64,000 nt of DNA from Oikopleura dioica (lineage: Eukaryota; Animalia; Chordata). The notes under the pieces are model-generated. The model searched no databases, was not told the origin of the DNA, and saw nothing but the letters and a program-made list of their open reading frames with translations. A program made the translations under genes and the position numbers. This document shows positions 12,251-26,120 of this stretch, one piece after another. Position 1 is the stretch's first letter. Each line of letters begins with the position of its first letter. The DNA lies in the NCBI GenBank assembly GCA_907165135.1, contig OU015566.1, forward strand, positions 3,100,001 to 3,164,000. Direction: 5' to 3'.

Positions 12251-13361
12251 GTTCTTAATTTTCAACTCAAGTCAAAAATTAAAGCTTTAGTCAAAAATTT
12301 CAATTTGAGTCGAAAAAACAAGTTTTGGTCGAACAATTCAATTCGGGTCGAAATAAGATTTTTCTTTGAAATGCCTTTTTGATCAGAAAAATGAGTCTTT
12401 ATTACGATGATGAGAAAAATAAGTCGTCATAAAATGATAATTATCGTTTCCGTCGCAGGATTGATTTCTGCTGGCAAAGTTGAAAGGTTGGAGCATTTTA
12501 TGATGATCGAGGCGCGCTCAGCTGCGAGGACGTTGTTAAATGATTCCTCCCATCTCACAATCATAAATTTTTGCCCTCTCTCTAATCAAAATTCTTACTC
12601 ATCGTAAATATCTTTTCATCATCATTTTCAATTCATTCTTAGAAGCGAAAGACTTATTTAAACGAAAACCATTTTTTTTCACAGGGCAATGCATTTGCCC
12701 CGAGGCGTGTTCCCCGCTTTCCCGGAGCTACTTTCGCCTCGGGCGCGCATTCGAACGTGAGCAACTGTTGACCTGTCAAATATTTAAAAAATTTGGCTCA
12801 TTTCAATTTCGATTTTTGAGTATTTTACAGCTCTAGACAGCGGCCTTCGTTTGCACAAAAATCTATTTGAAAGACAATTATATTTTTCTACCGTTTTTAA
12901 TCCGGCCAAAAATAACCCTTTTTTATTTCGAGATATTTAGAAGAAGCCGAAGAAAAGCAAAATCGTCAATAAAGAAAAAAACTAGAAAATAAATTATTCA
13001 TTATTTAAGTTAAAATAATTAAGGGGGTATCCTACCTTACGGATAATATTTTTCTAAAGTCACCTTCTGAGGCTTTTCTTTGAGTTTTCTAGCCGAATAC
13101 GGATATCTTATCGGTTGAAAATTTTGGCTTGAAATTTGGTCAAAAATTTTGACTCCAAATTTTTGGCATAAACTATCGATTTGTTCTGCTTATTCTTATT
13201 GAAAACTCCGAACTGTATTTCGTTACAGCAGATGAAAACAGTAAAGAAGATCAAAAGCCTAAAGACAATATTTTTCAGCGAGAAGGAAATCGTAAGATTG
13301 TGAAAGATCGAAATCGGCTCTCCTCATCATATTCTGTTGAGAGAAACGAACAACCTTGAAA

Positions 13362-16300
13362 ATGCTTTTCAAACACAGGTAAATCGCAAATCTATTTTCA
13401 GAGGGTTCATTTACCAGCCAGATGCAGGGCAGTGCAGGTGTAGACTAGTTGGAAACATAAAACGCGCTGGTTTGAGCAATTAGCTCGAGCTGGCCGCTTC
13501 ACAAACGTGAACTTTTCGACAAGAGCGCATCGCAAAGTTTACGATCAAAAGGAGGGAGACAGCTCAAAAGTACTCGTAAATCTTGAAAAAAGATTCTTGC
13601 TTGCCGAAAAAATATAGAACGATCACGATAAAATTGTTTCTTTACTATTTCCTAAAAAATTTTAATAATTTTCTTAAAAAAATTTTTTAAATTATTTTCT
13701 AAAAATTTTTTTAATAATTTTTTAAGTCAGACTTAAAATTCTTATTATGAGTTTTGCGACATGAACCCCTTCGATTTACAATTATGACACATTTTTTCTA
13801 GCCTTGTGCTGTTAGGGTTAGCTTCGGCTAACTCGCCCTGCTACGACGAATTCGGCGCGGCACAAGCTTGCTCCTCGGACTTTCAGAACATCGTCAGCGG
13901 GAAGCTTTTCGACGCCTCCTCAACTTGCGGCCAGGTCGCTTCGGAGACCTTCTTCAAGCACAAACGACATGGCCAGTTTGCAGAGGTGAGTTAACTCGTT
14001 TGCGGCTTTGGGACAGTTAAATGCTTCCGCCGGATAAACTTTGGAATTTTCACTCAAAAGAAGAATCTTTCTCGAAAAAATTAATTTAGAAATTTTTTAG
14101 AACAAAGTTTATACCTGCAACACCCGCGGATCCGTCGAAAACCACGATGCTTCCCGATTGACCGACAATTCTACTGCAACTTGGTGGCAATCCGAATCCA
14201 TCTATTCCTCCCGAAAATACGGCCGGGATATCCGGGACAACGACGTTACCCTCACCCTTGACCTTCAGAAGGTGAGCTAGTTTTAACGAGCCCGGCGCGC
14301 GAGCACGCGGGAGCAATTTTACACCAGAAAATACTTCCTCAATGAACTTTTGCAAAAAGCATGCTTCCAGGCATTTTTTCTTGACTGACAGTCGAAAACA
14401 GTTACTGGCTTTGTTCCAAAGCAGCACCTGGATTTCTGAATTTTATCGGTCTATAACGGAAATAGAAATTTTGCAATTGACCTTTTCGAGTTCTCATGCT
14501 TCTAACTTCTTTATTTTTGTCGAATGAAAGAAGCCTTGTTGGTAAAAAATGACCAGCTGCAAGTTTTTACACATGCATTTTGACAGTCGTTGAACAAACT
14601 GAAGAAATGTCACCTCAATTCAAACAATAACTCGTTTTTTTTTCCGGATGCAAATCTTTCTTCTTCTTCCAATACTTATATTTCTATCTAGAATTACGAA
14701 GTAACTGCGATGATCCTCAACTTCACCTCTCTCCGCCCAGAATCCATGGTCATCGAAAAGTTCCAAAACGGCAAATGGTCGGCCATGCAGTACTACAGCT
14801 CCTCCTGCCTTCGAACTTTTGATCAAGTTTCTGATGATTATGTCCGCGCAGAAATGCCACAAATGGCCATTTGCAGTTCAAAATTCACCTCAACTTCGCC
14901 GATTCAAAACGGAAAGATTCTCTTTGCTATTCTCGAGGGGCGACCTGGCGCGACCAATTTTAAGTACGATGCTCAGCTCCAGGACTTTTCGACTGTCCAG
15001 AAGCTTCGATTCCGATTCGTCCGACTCAACACCTTTGGTGACGAAATCTTCAGCAATCCCAAAGCCCTCAGGTCTTACTACTACACTGTTTCGGAAATCT
15101 TCGTCATGGGTCGATGCAAATGCAACTTCCACGCCTCCCAATGTCTACCAGACAGCAACGGAGTCGACCAATGCCAGTGCGAGCACAACACGACTGGACC
15201 TGACTGTAACATGTGTAAACCACTGTACAACAACAAGCCCTGGGCTCGAGCCACACCTGAAGACGCAGCTGAATGCGAGAAGTGCGAATGCAATGGTCTC
15301 GCAGACGAGTGCGTCTACGACGAAACCCTCGGACATGGAAGATGTCTCAACTGCCAGGACAACACTGCCGGGCCAAGATGCGAAGAGTGCGCTAAGGACC
15401 ACTTTCGAGATCCTTCCACAGGCCGATGTGTCCCCTGCAACTGCTCAGAAGACGGCGCCAATAGCTCACAATGCGACGCAAATGGCAAGTGTTCTTGCAA
15501 ATTCGGTGTTGAAGGCGACCAATGTGATCGATGCAAGCCCCAGTTTTTCGGCCTCAGCCGTGGTGGATGCCAAAGCTGTCAGTGCAATAGCGCTGGATGC
15601 ATTGAAAACACTCCAAGCTGCGATCCAATTACTGGACAGTGCGCATGCAAAGATAATGTCGCCGGACAGAAATGCGACAAATGCAAGAATGGCTACATGG
15701 GAGCCAACGTCGAAAACGAGCCCGATGAAGAAAACACTGATGGTTGCATCAAGTGCTTTTGTTACAAGCACAGTAACCAATGTACTCCCGCAACGGATTT
15801 TGTCAAGAAAGATATCGTCGAGCCTTTTGCGGACAAGACAATCACTGGTTGGTCCGATCTTAACGGCAACGATGTCGACTATGATGACATTTCCGGCGGC
15901 GTGATTTCTGAAGACGGTTTCGTCACGACTAGCGAGAAGTTTACTGGAAACCAGCGAAAATCATACAATGAGTTTTTGACAATGGAGGTTCATCTTGGTG
16001 ACGAATTGGATGCTATTGATAATGCCAAGGTGACCATCACCGGAACTGACGAATTTGGAACCCAAATCGAAGTCAGCAAAGAAGTCCCACTTTCCCAGAC
16101 CACTGATGAGCAGCTGATCTCCGTCAAGGTCAATGAGAAGGAATTCATTCCGCAACTTACTGATGAAGAATTCATCACAATGCTCGACAACATTGAAACC
16201 ATAGCCGTCGATGTTCCCGGCCGCCCTTGTCTATCAAAGGTCTCCCTTGGTAGCGCCACCAACGATTTCGACCAATCAGGAGATCAAGCAAGCCATGTCG

Positions 16301-19300
16301 AGAAGTGCTTCGACCCCAAGTATGAAAACTCTTCGCTTGACAAGTGTGCTCCAGGTTTCACCCGCTCTCCCGTCAAGAAATTCGTCAAAGATCAGTACAA
16401 CCCTTGTGTGCCCTGTGAATGCAACGGCCATGCTTTGGAACCATGCGATCCTGATACCGGTGTTTGCAAATGCCTCCACAATACCAAGGGCGACAGCTGT
16501 GAGGAATGCGCCAATGGTTTCTTCGGCAACGCGCTCGACGGAACTAAATCAGACTGTCAGAAATGCCCCTGCCCCGAGGGCGCCACTTGTGCCCAGACAA
16601 AAGCAATCGCCGAAGGTGGAAGTGTCGATGATGACGTCACATGCTTCGACTGCCCCGCTGGTTCGACCGGAAACCGCTGTGAAAAATGCCAAACTGATTA
16701 TTTCGGAGATCCTTTGAATGGCCGACCCTGCCAAAAATGCAACTGCAACGGAAACATGGAACCCGGTGTCCCTGGAAATTGCGACGGAATCACAGGCCAG
16801 TGCAAGAAGTGCCTCCACAATACAAAAGGCTACAACTGCCAAGTCTGCGAACTTGGAACCTACGGAAATCCGTTGGCTTCGATCCAAGATCAGGGATGGA
16901 AGGGATGCAAGGATTGTGGTTGCAATCCTGATGGAACCCAAGCTGGTGAGGACAACTGCTTCCAAGATGATGGACAGTGCAAGTGCAAAAATGGAGTTGG
17001 TGGCAAGCAGTGCGATACTTGCTTGAAAGGATTTTACGGTCATGGAGAAGAGGAAGGTTGTCTTGAGTAAGTAAAAATGGGAATATTTGAGATTTATTTA
17101 TTTAGTTATTATTTTAGTTTTTTTTTACTTTCAAAATCATTTTCAACCTTATTTTTTGAAATAAAAATTTTTTCTATGAATTTTTTTTGAAATCTCGGGT
17201 TCAAGGAGAGTTTAAATCTAGAACCGCAAAACGGGCGAAATATAAAAAAAATCCAATCTGTCTACAGCCTGGATAATATAAAATCGAAAGCTAATAAAAC
17301 AAATTTTATGGGAGCGCTCGAACAAAATCGAGTGCCATTATTTGCCTTCCCAAAATCCAAGAAATGCCAAAATTCTTCTTTTTTTCGATTTTTATACAGA
17401 GTTGCGTTTTCGCGCTTCAGTAAGAGAAATCGCGCCCCGGAATGAGATTTTTAACGACGATTTTAGATGTGGATGCGATGCACTTGGATCGGTTGATGAT
17501 CAATGCGATGATCGAGGAGTTTGTACGTGTCAGCCGGGAGTTTATGGTGCTAAATGTGACTCGTGCATGCCAGGTAATCAATTTTTCAATACTAAGGATA
17601 TTTGAAGCCGGAGCCTATTTTTTGGGGGTTCTGGAGGGGTGCTACGCCCCTTGATAGGGTTTAAGGTTGGAGCAGCTCGAAGAAAATCCCCATTTACTGA
17701 TTTTCTTTATGATACCTTCCTTTATTTTTTTCCTTCGAAAGCCGTGTTTACAGAAGAAAACAATTCAAGCCTGTTTATTTAAGGATTCTACGGCCTTTCC
17801 GCCGAAGGATGCAAGCCCTGTGAGTGTTCCCCTGATGGATCTCTCGACGCCCAATGTGACGAAGATGGAATGTGCCTTTGCAAAGAAGGCGTGGAAGGCG
17901 ACAAGTGCGACAAATGCGCCCGAAATCACTTTTATGAAAAAGATCAGGGCTGTAAGAAATGCGACGATTGCTACAACTTGGTTGAATTTGAGTACAACAA
18001 GCACCAGGACGAGCTCAATAGACTTCGACGAGCTGCTGAGACGATTCAATCTTCTCCAAGCATGCTCAGGTGGGATTTCTTTCTCGTCCCTCTTTCCTTA
18101 TATATAGGCTTCCCGCACCTTTTTCTATTTTTAAGGTTCTCTGGCCGAATCTAACCAAACTTGCTGGACATATGCATCAAGACAAGTTATGAAAAACTGC
18201 ACTAGCCGATTTTTCGAAATGAGTCTCTTTGACACCTTTTTGGGTGTTTTTTGACGAGAAAAAAGCACTAAAGTGATTAGAAGCTGATTAGAAGTGCCTT
18301 CCCACCGGGTCAGACGTTCGAGAGTAGCCTTGGAAGAAAGCTAAGGGTCAATTCTATCGACACACCAAAAATTGGTTTTGCACCTTGGTGTTATCAGTAG
18401 TATCTGATGCCTCAAAATTGACTGAAATTGTCAGATACGAAAATTCAAGATTTTCAACTTTTGATAAACGCGAGCTATGATGACGTTTTATAGCTCAAAT
18501 TGAAGCTTAGGAATCACTGAACTCACTGAACCGGTTTTTACCGAACCAGCCGGTCATTCTAGCGTTTCACCGCGGTTAATCGCTTTTTATTGAATATTTT
18601 CACTCAAAAACGAAATAGAACCATGAAATAAGTCAATTCAGAGCCTTCTGGTGTTTCAACTCGAGCTAACCGAAAATAACCGGACGGTTGATAAGGCGGT
18701 TCAAAGCGGTTCAGGCAGAAAAATGATCGGAAATACAGCAATATGCACATGAAATTGCTCCTTATTACACGACGATCATTTTGAACATATTTTTGAACCG
18801 ATAAAACAAACCATGTGGTCAATAAAGCGGTCCCGGGCGGTTCATCGCGGTTCACGCTAAAAATAGTAAGAAATATCGCAAGATGTATATCAAATTGCTT
18901 CTTATCTGAGTACGAACATTTTAAAAATATTTTCAAATCGATCGAGCTGACCAGGTGGTCGATAAGGCGGTCAAGGGCGGTTCATCGCGGTACATGCTTA
19001 AAAATAGTCAGAAATATGGCAATATGTATATCAAATTGCTTCTTTTCTGAAAACAATCATTTTGAAATATTTACGAATCGATCGAACTAACCAGATCGAT
19101 AAGGCGGTTCAGGGCGTTTGATCGCGGTTCAAGGTCAAAAATTAAAAATTGAAAAACAAGAAAATGAGACTTTTTCTATTGATTGCGCCTGTAGGCCTGC
19201 TTAAACAATTCAGTCTGAGACGGGGCCAAGCCGATCCGAAGGGGAGGCCAGGCCCATTTACACAATTCAGTCTGGAACGGGGTCAAGCCGACCCGAAGGG

Positions 19301-22300
19301 GAGGCAAGGCCCGTTTACACAATTCAGTCTGAGACGGGGCCAAGCCGACCTGAAGGGGAGGCCAGGCCCGTTGACACAATTAAGTCTGGAACAGGGCCAA
19401 GCCGACCCGAAGGAGAGGCCAGGCCCGTTTAAAATTCAGTCTGGAACGGGGCCAAGCCGACCCGAAGGAGAGGCCAGGCCACTCTACACAATTCAGTCTG
19501 GGACGGGGCCAAGCCGACCCGAAGGGGAGGCCAGGCCCTCTACACAATTCAGTCTGAGACGGGGCGAAGCCGACCCGAAGGGGAGGCCAGGCCCATTTAC
19601 ACAATTCAGTCTGGAACGGGGCCAAGCCGACCCGAAGGGGAGGCCAGGCCTCTACACAATTCAGTCTGAGACGGGGCCAAGCCGACCCGAAGGGAGGCCA
19701 GGCCCGTTTACACAATTCAGTCTGAGACGGGGCGAAGCCGACACGAAGGGGAGGCCAGGCCCGTTTACACAATTCAGTCTGGAACGGGGCCAAGCCGACC
19801 CGAAGGGGAGGCCAGACCCATTTACACAATTCAGTCTTGGACGGGGCCAAGCCGACCCGAAGGGGAGGCCATGCCCGTTTAAACAATTCAGTCTGAGACG
19901 GGGCCAAGCCGATACGAAGGGGAGGCCAGGCCCGTTTACACAATTCAGTCTGGAACGGGGCCAAGCCGACCCGAAGGGGAGGCCAGGCCACTCTACACAA
20001 TTCAGTCTGAGACGGGGCCAAGCCGAACCGAAGGGGAGGCCAGGCCCGTTTACACAATTCAGTCTGGGACGAGGCCGAGACGACCCGAAGGGGAGGTGAG
20101 ACTAATTTATACAATTAAGCGTAAGACGGGACCAAGCCGACCAAAAGGGAGGCCAGGTTCGTTACACAATTCAGTCTAAGACGGGGCCAAGCCGATCCGA
20201 AGGGAGGCCAGGCTCGTTTATACTATTCAGTCTGCAACGAGGCCAAGCCGACCCGAAGATGAGTTGTATGAACGGGCCTGGCCTCCCCTTCGGGTCGGCT
20301 TGGCCCAGTCCCAGACTGAATTGTGTAAACGAGCCTGGCCTCCCCTTCGGGTCGGCTTGGCCCATTCCAAGACTGAATTGTGTAAACGGGCCTGGCCTCC
20401 CCTTCGGGTCGGCTTGGCCCCGTCTCAGACTGAATTGTGTAGTGGCCTGGCCTCCCCTTCGGGTCAGCTTGGCCCCGTTCCAGACTGAATTGTGTAAACG
20501 GGCCTGGCCTCCCTTCGGGTCGGCTTGGCCCCGTCTCAGACTGAATTGTGTAAACGGGCCTGGCCTCCCTTCGGGTCGGCTTCGCTCCGTCTCAGACTGA
20601 ATTGTGTAGAGTTGCCTGGCCTCCCCTTCGGGTCGGCTTGGCCCCGTTCCGGACTGAATTGTGTAAACGGGCCTGGCCTCCCCTTCGGGTCGGCTTCGCC
20701 CCGTCTTAGACTGAATTGTGTAAACGGGCCTGGCCTCCCTTCGGGTCGGCTTGGCCCCGTCTCAGACTGAATTGTGTAGAGTGGCCTGGCCTCTCCTTCG
20801 GGTCGGCTTGGCCCCGTTCCAGACTGAATTGTGTAAACGGGCCTGGCCTCCCCTTCGGGTCGGCTTGGCCCCGTTCCAGACTGAATTGTGTAAACGGGCC
20901 TGGCCTCCCCTTCGGGTCGGCTTGGCCCCGTCTCAGACTGAATTGTTTAAACGGGCATGGCCTCCCCTTCGGGTCGGCATGGCCCCGTCCAAGACTGAAT
21001 TGTGTAAATTGGTCTGGCCTCCCCTTCGGGTCGGCTTGGCCCCGTTCTAGACTGAATTGTGTAAACGGGCCTGGCCTCCCCTTCGGGTCGGCTTCGCCCC
21101 GTCTCAGACTGAATTGTGTAGAGTGGCCTGGCCTCCCCTTCGGGTCGGCTTGGCCCCGTTCCAGACTGAATTGTGTAAACGGGCCTGGCCTCCCTTCGGG
21201 TCGGCTTGGCCCCGTCTCAGACTGAATTTTTAAACGGGCCTGGCCTCCCCTTCGGGTCGGCTTGGCCCCGTCTCAGACTGAATTTTTAAACGGGCCTGGC
21301 CTCTCCTTCGGGTCGGCTTGGCCCTGTTCCAGACTTAATTGTGTCAACGGGCCTGGCCTCCCCTTCAGGTCGGGTTGGCCCCGTCTCAGACTGAATTGTG
21401 TAAACGGGCCTTGCCTCCCCTTCGGGTCGGCTTGGCCCCGTTCCAGACTGAATTGTGTAAATGGGCCTGGCCTCCCCTTCGGGTCGGCTTCGCCCCGTCT
21501 CAGACTGAATTGTGTAGAGTGGCCTGGCCTCCCCTTCGGGTCGGCTTGGCCCCGTCCCAGACTGAATTGTGTAAACGGGCCTGGCCTCCCCTTCGGGTCG
21601 GCTTGGCCCAGTCCCAGACTGAATTGTGTTAACGGATCTGGCCTCCCCTTCGGATCGGCTTGGCCCCGTCTCAGACTGAATTGTTTAAGCAGGCCTACAG
21701 GCGCAATCAATAGAAAAAGTCTCATTTTCTTGTTTTTCAATTTTTAATTTTTGACCTTGAACCGCGATCAAACGCCCTGAACCGCCTTATCGATCTGGTT
21801 AGTTCGATCGATTCGTAAATATTTCAAAAATGATTGTTTTCAGAAAAGAAGCAATTTGATATACATATTGCCATATTTCTGACTATTTTTAAGCATGTAC
21901 TGCGATGAACCGCCCTTGACCGCCTTATCGACCACCTGGTCAGCTCGATCGATTTGAAAATATTTTTAAAATGTTCGTACTCAGATAAGAAGCAATTTGA
22001 TATACATCTTGCGATATTTCTTACTATTTTTAGCGTGAACCGCGATGAACCGCCCGGGACCGCTTTATTGACCACATGGTTTGTTTTATCGGTTCAAAAA
22101 TATGTTCAAAATGATCGTCGTGTAATAAGGAGCAATTTCATGTGCATATTGCTGTATTTCCGATCATTTTTCTGCCTGAACCGCTTTGAACCGCCTTATC
22201 AACCGTCCGGTTAACTTCGGTTAGCTCGAGTTGTAACACCAGAAGGCTCTGAATTGACTTATTTCATGGTTCTATTTCGTTTTTGAGTGAAAATATTCAA

Positions 22301-24985
22301 TAAAAAGCGATTAACCGCGGTGAACCGCTAGAATGACCGGCTGGTTTGGTAAAAACCGGTTCAGTGAGTTCAGTGATTCCTAAGCTTCAATTTGAGCTTT
22401 AAAACGTCATCATAGCTCGCGTTTATCAAAAGTTGAAAATCTTGAATTTTCGTATCTGACGATTTCAGTCAATTTTGAGGCATCAGATACTACTGATAAC
22501 ATCAAGGTGCAAAACCAATTTTTGGTGTGTCGATAGAATGGTTCCTTAGCTTTCTTCCAAGGCTACCTTCGAACGTCTGACCCGGTGGGAAGGCACTTCT
22601 AATCAGCTTCTAATCACTTTAGTGCTTTTTTTCTCGTCAAAAAACACCCAAAAAAGGTGTCAAAGAGACTCATTTCGAAAAATCGGCTAGTGCAGTTTTT
22701 CATAGCTTGTCTTGATGCATATGTCCAGCAAGTTTGGTTAGATTCGGCCAGAGAACCTTGAAAATAGAAAAATGGTGCGGGAAGCCTACTTATATATCTT
22801 AGATCCGATGGTGAATTCGATCAAGCCCTGAGCAACCTCCAGCGGGACTCGGAAGATCTCGAAGACAAGGCGGAAGAAATCCTCAGTGACTACAAACAAA
22901 TGATCCAAGAGCTCTCCGACGCCGGCCAATCAGCCCAAGATGTCCAACTCAAACTCGATCAGTTCGCCAGTTCTCTTGAATCTTGCGAAAATAGCGTTTC
23001 TGCTTCAAAGGTTGATAAACCCCATTTTTTCAAAAGAAAACTCATCTTTCAGGAGAAACAAGAAGCAACAAAAGGAACCATCAAGACTCTTGAAAACGAA
23101 ATCGTCAAGATCGAAGAAAACATCGTCGCCACTAGCGATGATCTCGACGCCATCCAAACCATTGCCGATGCTCAGGAGCTCAAGAACGAGGAACTCAGAA
23201 AACTGGCCGAAAAATCTTCCAAATTCATCGAAGAAATTCAAGCCAAGAGCGAAGAGGTACAATTTCACACCGAAAATTTTCATTAATCTTTCATATCAGG
23301 TCCAAGAAAAAGCTCAACAAGCTCGGGAAACGGCTCAAAATGCCAAAGATGAAATGGAAAACAGCATGAAAAAACTCGCCAAGCTCAAGAAAGATCTTGA
23401 AATGATCCGATCTGACGACGTCAAGGTACTTTTTAGAATTCCTCTTCAAATCTCAATCTCACTTTCAGGCAACAACTGAGCGAATCATCGAAGCCAAGAG
23501 AAAAGCTCAAGCTGCCCGTGACGAAGCCAAAGCTGCCAAACAACGCGCCGTAGAACTCTACGAAAAGATCAAGAGTGACGTCAGGGTAAGTCAAGAACCA
23601 ATAACGATCTTAGAACAAGAATACTGTAATGGACGTGGGAAAGTTGAAAGTGATTATTTTAGATTCCAAACATTGGCGATCTCTTTGACAAACAAGATGT
23701 TAAAGAAAAAGCTCAGCTGATCAAAGAGGAGGCCGCGGATCTTCAGAAAAAGGTCGATCACTTGATGAATCAATTCGAGGCGAAGAAGGATGATCTCGGA
23801 GAAAGGTACGTGACTGTATTAGAAAATCTAATCATCTTTTTTCTAGCGTCGAATTGGCAATGGCAGAGTACGAAAAAGGCCGCGAATACTTGAACAAAGC
23901 AGATCGACTTCTCGCTCAACTTGACGGCGCAAAACACGACTCTCAAAACAGCAAGGCTTTGATTGACGAACTCACCGCCAAGGCAGAGCGTCTCATCCAA
24001 GATCTTAGAAAAGTTGTCGCAACTGCCGGAGACATGGAGGATTTCGACAGTACTCAAATGTAGGATCATGTTTTGAGGAAAATCCGTTGATAAAAATTCT
24101 AGCGCTTCCTTGGACGAACTGCAATCGCGAGTCAAATTGGCTGAGGATCTTCATGAGAACTTGAAAGACAACGTCCAATTGATTTACACCGAAGCTGAAA
24201 AAGCCAACGAAGGAGCCCAGAAGCTCAAGGATTCTTCCATCCAAGCTTTTGAGGTAAAAAACCAGCTTTATAAACGGTTTCATTTTCTGCTAGGACGCTG
24301 AAAACAACAAGGACAAGGCCGAAAAGATCCTCCAGGGAGTTCAGGATGCGATTAAGGATGTCGAGAGCAAAACTGGAATGTCCGATGAGATCCAAAGTGC
24401 TTTTACGGCGAAAGAAAAAGAGGTTTAAAAATCTTCTCATCTCAAATTTTTAATTATTTTTAAGATCGACGAAGCAAAGCGCGAATCCGATCGAGTCCTC
24501 AAGATGGCTCAAGGAGCTGAACAACAAGTCATCGATAGTAAAGAAGATTTGGACGAGATCAAAAAACTGGTCGAAGAAATCAAAACGAGAAAGCTCCCAG
24601 AAATCGTTGACAGTATTGGAAGCCTCGTTGCCGAAGAAAATTATGCTGTTAAGACTTCGGTATTATTGAAAATTAAGGATAGTCGATGAATTTATTTTAA
24701 GGGTATCCAAGCTGAATTGGAGGCACTGGCGAAAAAGTTCGCCGATATCAAGAAACATCAACAGGGTCAAATTGATATAGTGACCCAGCAATTGGCCGAA
24801 GACGAGCGCAACTTGGTAAGAAAGCATAAGTTTACACAGTGACACCCTTAAAAAATTAATTTAAGTCATCCCTGACAGACAAGAAACAAAAGCTTCAAGA
24901 AGAAGTCGACAATTTGGAGCGAATCAGTAAGCTTCTTCCCGATTGGTGTTCCGGCAGCGCGAGCAGTTCGAACGAAAATCCTTAG
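13362..24985 (+). CDS. LAMC1: Laminin gamma chain (LN, LE repeats, L4, LE repeats, coiled coil; no LG domains)
   Basis: Exons 13362-13378, 13802-13987, 14101-14271, 14692-17066, 17467-17573 and 17784-18069 join in frame, then resume at 22803 with coiled-coil exons. LN motif HxAxxLTD...TWWQSE, many 8-Cys LE repeats, ends LPDWC...NENP*. The specific gamma paralogue is not established. Confidence 0.95.
19203..20258 (+). repeat. 57-bp GC-rich tandem array, left arm (about 18-19 units)
   Basis: Unit ACACAATTCAGTCTGAGACGGGGCCAAGCCGACCCGAAGGGGAGGCCAGGCCCGTTT; units diverge toward the centre. Confidence 0.95.
20272..21688 (-). repeat. 57-bp tandem array, right arm, inverted (about 25 units)
   Basis: Reverse complement of the left-arm unit. 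Confidence 0.95.
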
Positions 24986-25335
24986 ATTTCCCGATTTCTA
25001 GAGCTCGTTAACTCTCGATTTCGCGATCTTGTTTTAGAAAGATGATAAATTTATTATTGTACCACCTTATTGATACCTCACGTCCACACTGGCCCAGTGC
25101 TGGACCTTCTGCCAGTTAACTTTCAACCAGTTCCTGGTGCCTTTTTTAACTGACAGTCAATCTTTGAAAATATTGACTGTTACTACTTGTATCTCAGTTT
25201 CTTTACAACGAATACAGCATACATCCCTTCTCCTGTATAAAACGCTCAGCAACAAATTTAAACAGTATTGAAAATGCCTCAAAATAAAAAATATCAAAGA
25301 GTTCAATAAAAAGCTATTTATTCGATTGACAAAAA

Positions 25336-26120
25336 TTAAAGGTCGCCAAAAACTGGGAGAATGTCTGTCAATTGATAGGGTTTATTGCAGAAAGGACATC
25401 TTCCAGTGTTCTGCTGAATTTGTTCCAAGCATCGCTTGCAAAGAATATGACCACAGATTTTTGAGATTGATGTCGCATGCTGACCAGAATCGTATGCGCT
25501 AAAAAGACATGATTTTTTATTCTCGAAAATTGGAGCCGAATTGACTTAAAACTTACATAGAACAGATAGAGCACTCGTTTGGCTCCTGAGAGGCTTTCTG
25601 AAATTTAAGTTGTGCGATTTCCCTCAACATGAGCTCCTCCTTTATTCTTAACCCTTGGATTTCCTGAATTGCCAAATTACAGGTATTTGTCTTTTCGTCT
25701 TTCTCAGAAGTAAGTTTTTTATTCATGGAAAAGAGAGAATTAATATTCTTCTCCAAGTTTTTAATTTTTTCTTCGGACTCATGGATTTCCATGGCCATTC
25801 CTTTATTTTCCCTTGTCAATCTTTTGATGTTCATTTCAAGTCCTGAATTTAGTTGATATTTAGTCTAAATTTGTGATTCACCATTGATTTGAGTGTTTTT
25901 CTCCTCAATAAGTGAAACTGTGTTTACAGTTTGTTCAGGCCTTGGAGTATTTATTTCAGGAACAATCTTCTTCTCCTCTTCTTTCAAATTTTCAAGAAAA
26001 AATTCGAGTTGGACCTGAAAATCGACATCGTCTAAGACTTCTCGAAAACAAATCCAGAACCAGCAATATAAAATACTGAAGACGAATAAACCAAGACAAA
26101 GCTCCCAATGTTCCTAGAAA
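25336..26120 (-). CDS. Coiled-coil protein with C-terminal RING-HC (C3HC4) finger; 5' end approximate
   Basis: Spliced translation ECSICSIAYD...KICGHILCKRCLEQI...RCPFCNKPY...GDL*; heptad-rich upstream exon. Confidence 0.8.

Larger units (their letters stand above)
18107..22786. mobile_element. 4.68-kb foldback (near-perfect palindrome) non-autonomous element with TA TSD, in a laminin intron
   Basis: TA-GGCTTCCCGCACC...GGTGCGGGAAGCC-TA; ~1.1-kb near-identical inverted arms containing ~140-bp subrepeats, plus inward-facing 57-bp arrays. Confidence 0.93.

Noticed and set aside
14819-17043. Alternative-frame and antisense ORFs overlapping laminin
   Set aside because: Shadows of biased codon use in a long true exon; no recognisable domains.
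19203-21688. CRISPR-like appearance of the tandem arrays
   Set aside because: Units are contiguous with no unique spacers, there are no cas genes, and the context is eukaryotic.
19149-21747. Long repetitive ORFs (up to 316 aa) over the 57-bp arrays
   Set aside because: A by-product of a 57 = 3x19 period in GC-rich DNA; present on both strands as mirror images, inside an intron.
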